Assembly: GCA_963798845.1 (NCBI GenBank)
Contig: CAWCUS010000002.1
Coordinates: 96,001-160,000 of the forward strand
Source: an uncultured Gemmatimonadales bacterium
GTDB lineage: Bacteria; Gemmatimonadota; Gemmatimonadetes; Longimicrobiales; RSA9
Reading direction: 5' to 3'
DNA: 64,000 bases
Shown: positions 10,882-23,498 of the stretch, in pieces
How positions within the stretch are numbered: the stretch's first letter is position 1
How the letters are laid out: the number at the start of each line of letters is the position of its first letter
Program-made: the position numbers and the translations under genes
The notes under the pieces: model-generated
Told to the model about the DNA's origin: nothing
The model's input: only the letters and a program-made list of their open reading frames with translations
Databases searched by the model: none

Positions 10882-11804
10882 CCGACACCGACGCCCTGGG
10901 CACCGCGCGCGTGGAGCGCATCCTGGTCCCGCTGGATGGCTCCGCGCTGGCCGAGGCCGTGCTCGTGCTCGCGGCCGAGCTGGCGACGCTGCTCGACGCG
11001 GAGCTCGCGCTGCTGCACGTGGTCGAGCGCGACGCGCCCACCCGGATCCACGGCGAGCCTCACCTGCACCGGTCCGGCGACGCGCTGCGCTATCTCGACG
11101 CCGCGGCCGAGAGCCTGCGCGGACGAGGCGCGCGCGTGGTGACCCACGTCCACGAGCCCGCCATCGGCGACGTCGCCGCGGCCATCGCGCAGCACGCCAC
11201 GGAGCTCGGCGCCGGCCTCATCCTGCTCTGCACCCACGGCTCCGGCGGGCTGCGGGACCTGCTGCTGGGGAGCATCGCGCAGCAGACGCTGCGGCTCGCG
11301 ACCACGCCGGTGCTGGTGGTGCGTCCGGGGGACCCTGCGCCGGTGCTGAGCTGCGAGCGCTGGATCGTCGCGCTGGACCCCGTCGTCCACGGCCCCGGTG
11401 CGCTGCCGCTGACGACCACGCTCGCGCGCACGTGCGGCGCACGGCTGCACCTCCTCACGGTCGTGCCCACCCGCGCGAGCCTGCCGCCCGAGCGCGGCGC
11501 TCCCGCCATCTTCTCCCCGTCCGCTACAGCCGACGTGCTCGAGATGGAGGCCGACGACGCGCGTCGCTACATGGAAACCCTGGTGGAGACGCTGCGCGCG
11601 GAGGGCATCGAGTCGATCGCCGAGGTACGGCGAGGCAGCGCCACGCACGAGACGCTGGACGTGGTCGCGCGCCAGCAGGTCGGCCTGCTGGTCATCGCCA
11701 CGCATGGCAAGGCCGGCGTGCCCGGCGTGCTCTCCGGCAGCTTCGCCGCCGCCGTGGTGCCGAGGGTCTCGGCGCCGGTGCTGCTGGTGCCGCTCCAGGA
11801 GTGA
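10878..11804 (+). CDS. Tandem universal stress protein
   Basis: RILVPLDGS, THG.GG....LLGSIA, second domain ATHG...LSGSFA; ATGA overlap with mntH. Confidence 0.9.
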   Translation: MTDTDALGTARVERILVPLDGSALAEAVLVLAAELATLLDAELALLHVVERDAPTRIHGEPHLHRSGDALRYLDAAAESLRGRGARVVTHVHEPAIGDVAAAIAQHATELGAGLILLCTHGSGGLRDLLLGSIAQQTLRLATTPVLVVRPGDPAPVLSCERWIVALDPVVHGPGALPLTTTLARTCGARLHLLTVVPTRASLPPERGAPAIFSPSATADVLEMEADDARRYMETLVETLRAEGIESIAEVRRGSATHETLDVVARQQVGLLVIATHGKAGVPGVLSGSFAAAVVPRVSAPVLLVPLQE

Positions 11805-12061
11805 GGCGTGTCCCCGGAAAGTGACCATGGCGCTGCCGAGCCTCGCCCACCGGTCGGGAACCGGCTCCAGGGCTCGGCGGTCGACCATCCGTTCGCGGGC
11901 GGCGCCAGCGTGTGGTCGGTGAGCGGGGCTGGGGGCCGGGTTCCGTCCCCGGGACCGTGAGAAGAGGACGAGGAGTCGATTTCCGGGTGCCGGCGGCGGT
12001 GGTAGGCGTGGAGGACTCGTCCGGTCGAGGGGCATGGGCGCCGGGCGCTCGACCCGCCGCG

Positions 12062-12205
12062 CGAGTCGGCGATTGCTGGCCGAGTCGGCGATTGCTGGCC
12101 GAGTCGGCGATTGCTGGCCGAGTCGGCGATTGCTGGCCGCGAGTCGGCGATTGCTGGCCGAGTCGGCGATTGCTGGCCGAGCCGGCGATTGCTGGCCGCG
12201 AGTCG
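12062..12205. repeat. 19-bp tandem array CGAGTCGGCGATTGCTGGC, 7 copies plus a partial copy
   Basis: Read directly; CG insertions after copies 4 and 7, one T>C in copy 7. Confidence 0.95.
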
Positions 12206-12232
12206 CTGTCTCGCATTAGCTTCGAAGCCACC

Positions 12233-13156
12233 ATGTCTCCCGACGACGACCGCGACCAGGCAAACCGAGCGCCGAGGCCAGGGCCGACTCGAGAGCCCGG
12301 GCCAGCGCCGACCCCCGAGCCGACGCAGCCGCCGACGCCAGCGCCGGCGCCCGCGCCGACCTCCGAGCCGAGGGCAGCGCCGACCCCGGACCCGACGCAC
12401 CCGCCGACCCCGGCGCCGGCGCCCGCCCGAACGCTCAGCACCCAGCAACTCGAGGCGGTGATCCGCCGCGCCGTGGAGCTGGAGGCCGGGACCCCGGGAC
12501 GGGCGGACGACGGCGTCTCGGAGACGGACGTGGTGCGGATCGGCCGGGAGCTCGGCCTCGACGCCGCCACGGTCCGGCGCGCCATCGCCGAGGTCCGGAC
12601 CCGACCGCCCGAGGAGCACGGCGTCCTGGCCCGGACCATGGGACCCGGCACCGTCTCTTCGTCTCGCGAGATCGCGCGCTCCGCCCACGACACCGCCGCA
12701 CGTGTGGAGCGATACCTCCACGACACCGAGCTCATGATCAAGCAGCGGCGCTTCCCGGGGCGGGCCCGGTACGTCCGGGACTCGAGTCTCGGAGCGGGCA
12801 TGACCCGGGTGGTTCGGGAGCTCTCCCGCGGGCCGAAGCCGGTGAACCTGCAGCAAGTGGACGTCGCCGTCTCCCCCATCGACGACGAACGCTGTCTTCT
12901 GGAGGTCAGCAGCGACCTGAAGGGCGCCCGCGCGGGCCACGCGGCGGGGGCCCTCGGCGTCGGCGCTTCCCTCGCCTCCGGCCTGGCCGCGTTCATCTGG
13001 GCGACGCCCGTCGCCGACCCGCTCATGCTGCTCGGCATCCCGATCCTGGGCGGCGCGTGGGCGGGAATGCGAGCGATCTACGGCCTCTCGGTACGCTCGA
13101 CCCGGGAGCGGCTGGAGGCGCTCCTGGAGCGCGTGGAGTACGACGAGCTGGCGTAG
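12233..13156 (+). CDS. Hypothetical membrane protein with Pro-rich N-terminus
   Basis: LEAVIRRAVELE...DVVRIGRELGLD helical domain, two C-terminal TM helices. Confidence 0.7.
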   Translation: MSPDDDRDQANRAPRPGPTREPGPAPTPEPTQPPTPAPAPAPTSEPRAAPTPDPTHPPTPAPAPARTLSTQQLEAVIRRAVELEAGTPGRADDGVSETDVVRIGRELGLDAATVRRAIAEVRTRPPEEHGVLARTMGPGTVSSSREIARSAHDTAARVERYLHDTELMIKQRRFPGRARYVRDSSLGAGMTRVVRELSRGPKPVNLQQVDVAVSPIDDERCLLEVSSDLKGARAGHAAGALGVGASLASGLAAFIWATPVADPLMLLGIPILGGAWAGMRAIYGLSVRSTRERLEALLERVEYDELA

Positions 13157-13432
13157 GTGGCCGGTCCGCAGGAGCCGGCGCTGACCCGCAGGCGAGGGGT
13201 CGCGGTCCGGCCTAGCCACGAGGCCGTCGCCGCGGAGGCTGAACGGTCTCGTGATCCAGATGGGCGCTATGCCCGACGTCGCTCGACCAGCACGTGATCG
13301 TGGAGGAGACTGTCCCTGTCGAGTCGCAGGTGTCGGTTGGATTTGCCTCGCACGCACCCGCCGCGCACAGTTGTGCCGGAAGCTCGCCAGGACGCAAAGG
13401 CGGCAGGGCAGCCGCCCACACGGAGGCAACCC

Positions 13433-14140
13433 ATGATCGTTCGCCCCAGCACCGGCGCCGTCCACCTCATCACGCAGCCGGACCACGCGGCCCTCGCCCG
13501 CCGGATCATGGAGCACTGGCGGCCGCTGGGCGACGAGCCGCGCCGCGACGCGATCCTCCTTGCGGTCGGCGAGCACGACGCCGGCTGGCGCGAGCCCGAT
13601 GCGGATCCGCGAGTGGATGCGAATGGCCGCGTCGCCGATTTCGTTCACCTGGACCTCGACGCGCGTCAGGGGGTGTGGCCCCGCGGGGTCGCGCGGCTGC
13701 GCCAGGAACCCTGGTCGGCGGCACTGGTGGCCCACCACGCGGTCACCGTGTACGGGCGGTTCCGCGGCCATCCCGCCTGGGCGGCGTTCTTCCGCGGAAT
13801 GGAATCGGCGCGGGACCGGCACGTCGAGGAAGCCGGTGGCACCCTGAACGAGTTGAACCACGAGTACCGCTACCTGCGCATCGGTGACCTCATCTCCCTC
13901 GCCTTCTGCACCCGCCAGCAGGGCGAGGAACGGTTCGAGGAGTGGTCGGTCCGCCTGGTGGACGGACGCCGCGTGGTCGTGAGCCCGTACGAGCTGGACG
14001 GGCCCGAGCTGGACATCGCGGTGGACGCGGTGGAGCTGCGAACGACGTCGTTTCCGTCCTCCGACACCCTCCGCGAAGCGATCGGCGCGGCCCCGCGGGT
14101 CCGGCTGGAGGGGGTGGTGGGCCCCGCGCCGGCGACGTGA
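13433..14140 (+). CDS. DUF3891 family protein
   Basis: MIVR...LITQPDHAALA, EHDAGW, ALVAHH; GGAGG RBS. Confidence 0.8.
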   Translation: MIVRPSTGAVHLITQPDHAALARRIMEHWRPLGDEPRRDAILLAVGEHDAGWREPDADPRVDANGRVADFVHLDLDARQGVWPRGVARLRQEPWSAALVAHHAVTVYGRFRGHPAWAAFFRGMESARDRHVEEAGGTLNELNHEYRYLRIGDLISLAFCTRQQGEERFEEWSVRLVDGRRVVVSPYELDGPELDIAVDAVELRTTSFPSSDTLREAIGAAPRVRLEGVVGPAPAT

Positions 14141-14363
14141 CACGCTTCAGAGGCCGGGCGTCGTCGGAGTCGAGAAACCCGAGCGCCCACCGGGACCGCT
14201 GAACCGACGCGCGGTGCTCTCCATGAACCGTTTCGGGCGACGCGGGCGTTGACACCGGACACGCGGGTGTGAATTAGTTGTAGCGCCTTCCGTACACCCG
14301 GCGGCGCCGATCCCGGCCGCCACATTCCACACTCCGATCCGCCGCAGGACCGAGGAGATTCCG

Positions 14364-17247
14364 ATGAGCCTCTCCGTTCGCCGCAAGGTTCTGGTCGTGC
14401 TCGCCGTGGTGATGGTGCTTCCGCTGGGGGTGGTGGCCGCGTCGAGGAACGCGCGGGTGGAAGTCGGCTCGCTGCGCGCGTGCGTCGGGCTGGGCAAGGC
14501 CGGCTTTCGGGCCATCGCCGAGGACCGCCGGGACCGGTTCCTCGGCAAGGTCCAGGCATACACGGCGCGCTGTCGTGGCGGGGAGCGTGGGGACGCGTAC
14601 CGCCCCACTCCGTGGGTGGACTGGACGAACTACTGGGGCACGGGCGACCGGACTTCGCTGTCGGGGCCCGGCCTGCTCGGCCACCTCGCGCGCAACGGGC
14701 GTGGCATCGACGGGGCGCTGCTGGACCTGGAGTACCAGCGCATGGAGCTCATCAAGTTCAACCTGTTCGACAACTACACGTTCGAAGAGTACGTGGACGG
14801 CCGGGGCGGCGTGCCAGGGCGGTCGTTGAAGGTGTGGCCGCAGATGCGGCTGCCAGCCGATGACGCGCACTACGCGGAGGTGGGCGGCGCGGGCGAGCAG
14901 CTTTGCGGCGGCGAGCTGATCCGCTACCGCAACGAGAGCGGCATCTGCAACGACATCCGCAACCCGCTCATGGGCTCCACGGGGACGCTGTTCGCCCGCA
15001 ACGTCCAGTTCGAGGAGACCTCCCCGGAGCTGGGCGCCACGCAGCTGGTGCGCAACCGCCACGGCGACCGGCTCGGGCTGCTGAAGCCGGACCCGCAGGT
15101 GATCAGCCGCGAGCTGTTCACCCGCCAGCAGAGCCACCCGGAGCGGTGTCGCGACGGGCTGGCCGCCGGCGCCGACGCGAGGTGCGACTACATCGAGGCT
15201 CCGTTCTTCAACGTGCTGGCGGCGTTCTGGATCCAGTTCATGACGCACGACTGGTTCGCGCACCTGGACGAGGGGCGCAACTCGCCTGAGCTGGCCCCGG
15301 TGGGGTGCAGCACGCGCCTGGAGGGCGGGGCGGAGCGGACACTGACGGCGGAGGAGATCGCCGCGCTCGGCTGCCGGCCCGGAGACCGCATGGACGCGGC
15401 GCTGATGGCAGACACCACGCCGCCGCCCACGTTCGAGCACGATGGCCGGACGCACCTGCGGCGGGCGCAGCGCACCACGCGCAACCTGAACACCGCCTGG
15501 TGGGACGCCTCGCAGCTGTACGGCTACAGCGATCGTTCCGTGCACCGGGTGAAGCGCGACCCGCGCGACCCGGCGAAGCTGCTCACGGTGCAAGTCGGTG
15601 GACGGGCGGGCGCGGGTGAGCGGCAGGGCTACCTGTCGGTTTTCGAGCCGGGCGACCCGATCCTGCCCGTCCTGGGCCGGGCAGGAAGCGGTAGCGTTTC
15701 CGGACAACTGGTCCATCGGGCTGAGCTTCTTCCACAACGTCTTCGCGCGCGAGCACAACAACTTCGTGGACGCGTTCCACAAGCGCGCGGCCGCGGATCC
15801 GGACGGTGATTCCGGACTGCGCGACCCGGCGGACCCGGAGCGCGTGATCCGTTACCGTGACGTCACGCCGGATGAGCTGTTCCAGGTGACGCGGCTGGTC
15901 GTCGCCGCGGAGATCGCGAAGATCCACACCATCGAGTGGACCACGCAGCTGCTCTACGACGAGCCGCTCTACCAGGCGATGAACGCCAACTGGCACGGGC
16001 TCGTGCGACCCGACAACGCGGTCTCTCGCGCGCTCGACCAGGTGGCAGTGGATCGGCTCGGCCGCTCGTTCAACGAGACGGACCAGACCCAGTGGTACTC
16101 CGTGTTCGCCTCCGGCGCCGGCATCACCGGGCTGGGCAGCCACCGCTACGCGGAGCGGCCCGGCTTCCTCGGCATCGTGCAGCACAGCAAGGACATCTGG
16201 GACCTGCGCAATCCCGACCACGTGAACGGCGGCACCAACCATTTCGGCTCGCCGTTCAACTTCCCGGAGGAGTTCGTCACCGTCTACCGGCTGCACCCGC
16301 TGGTGCCCGACCTGCTGGAGTACCGTGACCTGGAGCAGCCGAATCGCATCGAGCGGCGCGTGCCGGTGGCCTCCATGGTGCGCGCCAGCGCCACGCCGGC
16401 CATGCGCGAGGGAGGGCTGACCAGCTGGGCGCTCACCATGGGGCGGCAGCGGTTGGGCGCGCTGACGCTGAACAACCACCCGCTGTTCCTGCAGAACCTG
16501 CCCATGCCGCGTCTGAGCAGCGAGACCGGGAAGCTCGACATCCCCGCGCTGGACATCATCCGCGACCGCGAGCGAGGCGTGCCTCGCTTCAACGAGTTCC
16601 GCCGCCAGTATGGTCTGAAGACGCTGACCGGCTACGACGACTTCGTCGACCGGCACCTGAGCGCCGACTCCCCGGAACGGCAACGCCAGGTCGAGCTGGT
16701 GGACAGGCTGCGCCAGGTCTACGGGCAGCACCGCTGCGACGATTCGAAGGTGATCAGCGACGTGCAGCTCGTCGACGGCGAGCCCGTCACCGACTGCCTC
16801 GGGCATCCGGACGGGACCGTGGTGGACAACGTCGAGGACCTGGACGTGGTCGTGGGGTTCCTGGCGGAGTCCACGCGGCCGCACGGATTCGCCATCTCCG
16901 AGACGCAGTTCACCGTCTTCATCATCAACGCGTCCCGGCGCCTGTTCAGCGACCGCTTCTTCACCTCCAGCTTCCGGCCCGAGTTCTATACGAGCCTGGG
17001 GATCGAGTGGGTCGAGAACAACGGGCCCGACGGCAAGGTCTACGAAGCGGGGCGTCCCAACGGCCACCGGGACGAGGTCTCGCCGCTCAAGCGCGTGCTG
17101 CTGCGGGCCATGCCCGAGCTCTCCGGCGAGCTTTCGCACGTCGTGAACGCCTTCGATCCCTGGGCCCGGGACCGCGGCGCCTACTACACCCTCGACTGGA
17201 AGCCACGTTCGGGCGCCGAGTCCGATCCGGCGTTCCAGGGACCCTGA
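14364..17247 (+). CDS. Animal-type heme peroxidase / fatty-acid alpha-dioxygenase-like protein, split by a +1 frameshift near 15666-15668
   Basis: FWIQFMTHDWF, TAWWDASQLYG, FAREHN, EIAKIHTIEWT, VYRLHPLVPD, RDRERGVPRFNEFRR, SRRLFSDRFFT; removing one C joins GDPILP to SWAGQEAVAFPDNW. Confidence 0.85.
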
Positions 17248-17279
17248 TCGGGCGATCACGCCGGCCCGCCGCGGGCGCG

Positions 17280-17600
17280 GGCTCGCGCCCCGGAGCGTGC
17301 GCGGCCCGAACGGCGTGGCCCGGGGCGTGTGCGGCCGGGGCTCGCGCCCCAAAGCGTGCGCGGCCCGAACGGCGCGGCCCGGGGCCTGTGCGGCCGGGCG
17401 GCGCGGGCCGGGGCGTGTGCGGCCTGCCGGCGCGGGCCGGGGCGTGTGCGGACGGGCGGCGCGGGCCGGAGCGTGTGCGGCCCGCCGGCGTGGGCCGGGG
17501 CGTGTGCGGCCCGCCGGCGCGGGCCGGGGCGTGTGCGGACGGGCGGCGCGGGCCGGAGCGTGTGCGGACGGGCGGCGTGGGCCGGGGCGTGTGCGGCCGG
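17280..17600. repeat. GC-rich ~29-bp tandem array (core GCGTGTGCGG, ~11 copies)
   Basis: Core recurs with ~29-bp period between the peroxidase and DUF559 genes. Confidence 0.85.
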
Positions 17601-17630
17601 CCGAGTGACCCCTCGTCGCGGGGATCCGAG

Positions 17631-17770
17631 ACAGTGGTCGCCAACCGGTCTCAATTCCCGGCGATCGACCACCCGATCACGGCCGGAGCGGCCGGGTGGT
17701 CGCCGACCGGTGATGGAAGCCGGTTTCCGCACGATCGACCGCGGGAGAGGCTTGAGTGGTCGACCTCCGG
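17631..17770. repeat. 140-bp direct repeat, copy A (internal GTGGTCG/CGACCAC inverted motifs)
   Basis: Gapless match to 18991-19130, about 110/140 identical by manual count. Confidence 0.9.
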
Positions 17771-18672
17771 ACCTCGGCCCGCGTGAGCACGGCCGTGAGC
17801 CGCCGTACCAGGGGGAGCGGCTCCTCGCGGATCTGGCGCCAGGTGACGCGGTGCACCTCGATGCCGCGCGCAGCGAGGTCGAGCCCGCGGCCGCGGTCGC
17901 GCTCGAAGGGATGGCGCAGGTGGTGGTACGCGTAGCCGTCCACCTCCACTGCCACACCGAGGTTCCGCCAGAAGAAGTCCGCCTCGTGGCCGAAGATCAC
18001 GACGTTGCACTCCGGCTCGGGAAGGCCGGCCTCCCGTAGCAGCGCGAGGAGGCCGTCCTCCGCCGGCGATCGAGTGAAAGCCGGGCCGGGCCCGGCGAGG
18101 ATGGCCCGCAGCAGCGGGGTGCCAGGCCGGCCCCTCTCCCGCTCGAGGCGGTCCCGTAGGGCCTCCGTGTCCAGCCGACCCAGGCGCTCCGCGCGTGCAA
18201 TGATCTGCTCGAGCTCGCGGGGCCTCGCGTCGGCGGCGGTGTCGAGAATCGAGCGGATCGGCGTCGTCGTACGGATCCGCTCGACGATTTCGACGTCCCC
18301 GCCGGGAATCGAGGCGACCCGGTGCGCCAGCACCCCGGGCTGCCGACACCGGCCCCGGGCCAGCAGCACGTGCACCGGCCCGGGCGGCTGGCAGGGCACA
18401 AGCTCCAGCAGCCAGAGAGCGCTGCGGCGGGCGACGACCGCCCCGCGTCCGCAGGCCAGCATCGCTGCCATTTCCCGGTGCCGGACCGGCAGCAGCGGTC
18501 CCCTGAGCGTTCCGAGCAGGTAGACGCCCCGGTGAAGGCTGAGAAGCCGCCCGGCGCGTACGCGTGACCGGATCGCGTCGGCGGTGAGGCCCGCCTGGAT
18601 CAGCTGCGCGCGCGTCACCACCCCGTGCTGACGGGCCCCCGTCTCGGCGATCATGGCCTCGATGGACTTCAC
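17677..18672 (-). CDS. AbiEi-like antitoxin N-terminal domain plus DUF559 (Vsr-like PD-(D/E)xK) endonuclease-domain protein
   Basis: RQHGVVTRAQL..AG, LHRGVY, TTPIRSILD, TRSPAE, PECNV, EADFFW, VAVEVDG...H, FERDR. Confidence 0.88.
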   Translation of the reverse strand: MKSIEAMIAETGARQHGVVTRAQLIQAGLTADAIRSRVRAGRLLSLHRGVYLLGTLRGPLLPVRHREMAAMLACGRGAVVARRSALWLLELVPCQPPGPVHVLLARGRCRQPGVLAHRVASIPGGDVEIVERIRTTTPIRSILDTAADARPRELEQIIARAERLGRLDTEALRDRLERERGRPGTPLLRAILAGPGPAFTRSPAEDGLLALLREAGLPEPECNVVIFGHEADFFWRNLGVAVEVDGYAYHHLRHPFERDRGRGLDLAARGIEVHRVTWRQIREEPLPLVRRLTAVLTRAEVRRSTTQASPAVDRAETGFHHRSATTRPLRP

Positions 18673-18990
18673 CGCTCACCTCCGTCCACGAACACGCTCC
18701 GCGTCGATCGTCCAGGCCGGGCGTCGGCGCGAAGCTCGAACCAGAGACCCTGCGCAGGCACGTCGCCCTCGCAAACAAGATCCCGGAAGTCGAACATGCT
18801 GGCTCTCCATCGGAACTGGAGCTGCACCATTCGGTCGTGTGCGGGGCGCGTCCATGGCGGCGTGGGCCGGGTTCCCGGACCGGGAGTCGGTCGTCGGATC
18901 TTCGAATGCCGTACACACCCGGCCGGCGGCAAGCCGGGGTTCGCGGCGCTCCGTCCGGCGAAGACCGACCCATTGGAAACGGAGTCCGAC

Positions 18991-19130
18991 CGAGTGGTCG
19001 CCAACCGGTCCAGATGCCCTGCAATCGACCACTCGACAACGGCTGACGCGGCCGGGTGGTCGCGGAGCGGTCATGGAAGCCGACTTCCGACCGATCGGCC
19101 GTGAGAGGAGCGGGAGTGGTCGACTTCTGG
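18991..19130. repeat. 140-bp direct repeat, copy B
   Basis: Same orientation as copy A, offset 1360 bp. Confidence 0.9.
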
Positions 19131-19260
19131 GCCGAGGCCTCCCGGGCCCCCCCGGCCTCGGCCTCGCGGGCCCCCCGGCCGAGGCCTCGCGGGCCCCCCG
19201 GCCGAGGCCTCCCGGGCCCCCGGGGCCTCGGCCTCCCGGGCCCCGCCGGAGGCCTCGCCG
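19130..19260. repeat. GC-rich ~23-bp tandem array (GGCCGAGGCCTCSCGGGCCCCCC-like)
   Basis: 5-6 imperfect copies abutting repeat copy B. Confidence 0.75.
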
Positions 19261-19331
19261 TCCCGGTCCCCCGGCGCGGGGAGAGCGTCGGCGGACTATC
19301 TTGCGTCATCGGGGCCGAGCACGGGAGCTGA

Positions 19332-22904
<3,573 letters not shown>

Positions 22905-22913
22905 CGGATCAGG

Positions 22914-23261
22914 TCAGCCGCGGCGTTCCGGGGGTGGGAGGTGAGGCAGGACCTCGGCGTCCCCTTCCACGATCCGCACGCCGGCGTCATCACCTTCCGT
23001 CTCCGTTCGGGGGAGGCAGGCGGCCTCCAGCGCCTCTACGGGGCCCGCGCGAAGCTTGCGGTTGTGCGCCTCGATCGCGTGCTGCGTGCGACCCGTGAGC
23101 CCATGGGGGGCCAGCCGTCCGCACGGTCCGTTTCCGTCGGCCCCGGGCACGCACAGTCGGAAGCACCATGCGCTCCGGTTCTTCGTGAGTGGGCAGCCGA
23201 GGTGCGTGTATTCCCGGATGCCCTTCCGCGTGCGGATGGTGCGCTTTGTCTTCTTCGGCAT
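22914..23261 (-). CDS. Small basic hypothetical protein with 4-Cys/His cluster
   Basis: MPKKTKR...YTHLGCPLTKNRSAWCFRLC...PCGRLAPH; GC3-rich codons. Confidence 0.6.
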   Translation of the reverse strand: MPKKTKRTIRTRKGIREYTHLGCPLTKNRSAWCFRLCVPGADGNGPCGRLAPHGLTGRTQHAIEAHNRKLRAGPVEALEAACLPRTETEGDDAGVRIVEGDAEVLPHLPPPERRG

Positions 23262-23498
23262 GGCCGTCGCAGCTGTCAGGGGATGGACGAGCGTTTCCGA
23301 ATCTACCGCGTTCCGGGCGAGGCCGCCGCCCCCGGGCCGGTCGAGGCGCTGACGCGCGAACATGTTGGGAGGTGCTGCGCCAGGCGGCCGGGCTCGGGGT
23401 GCACCAGCAGGGGCAGGGTCCCGGCTTCGCTTCCGACGCGGCGGTCCGGGCGACACGCTCTCCGGGACCCGCATCTTCAACACCGCCTGTCCTTCGTG

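Noticed and set aside
12062..12205. CRISPR array or plasmid iterons
   Set aside because: No spacers, no rep gene and no AT-rich origin; the context is chromosomal.
13385..13425. c-di-GMP-I riboswitch (GACGCAAAG)
   Set aside because: Only one short motif matches; the GNRA-loop stem and the downstream stem are not evident.
17677..18672. Complete type IV (AbiE) toxin-antitoxin system
   Set aside because: No AbiEii nucleotidyltransferase neighbour.
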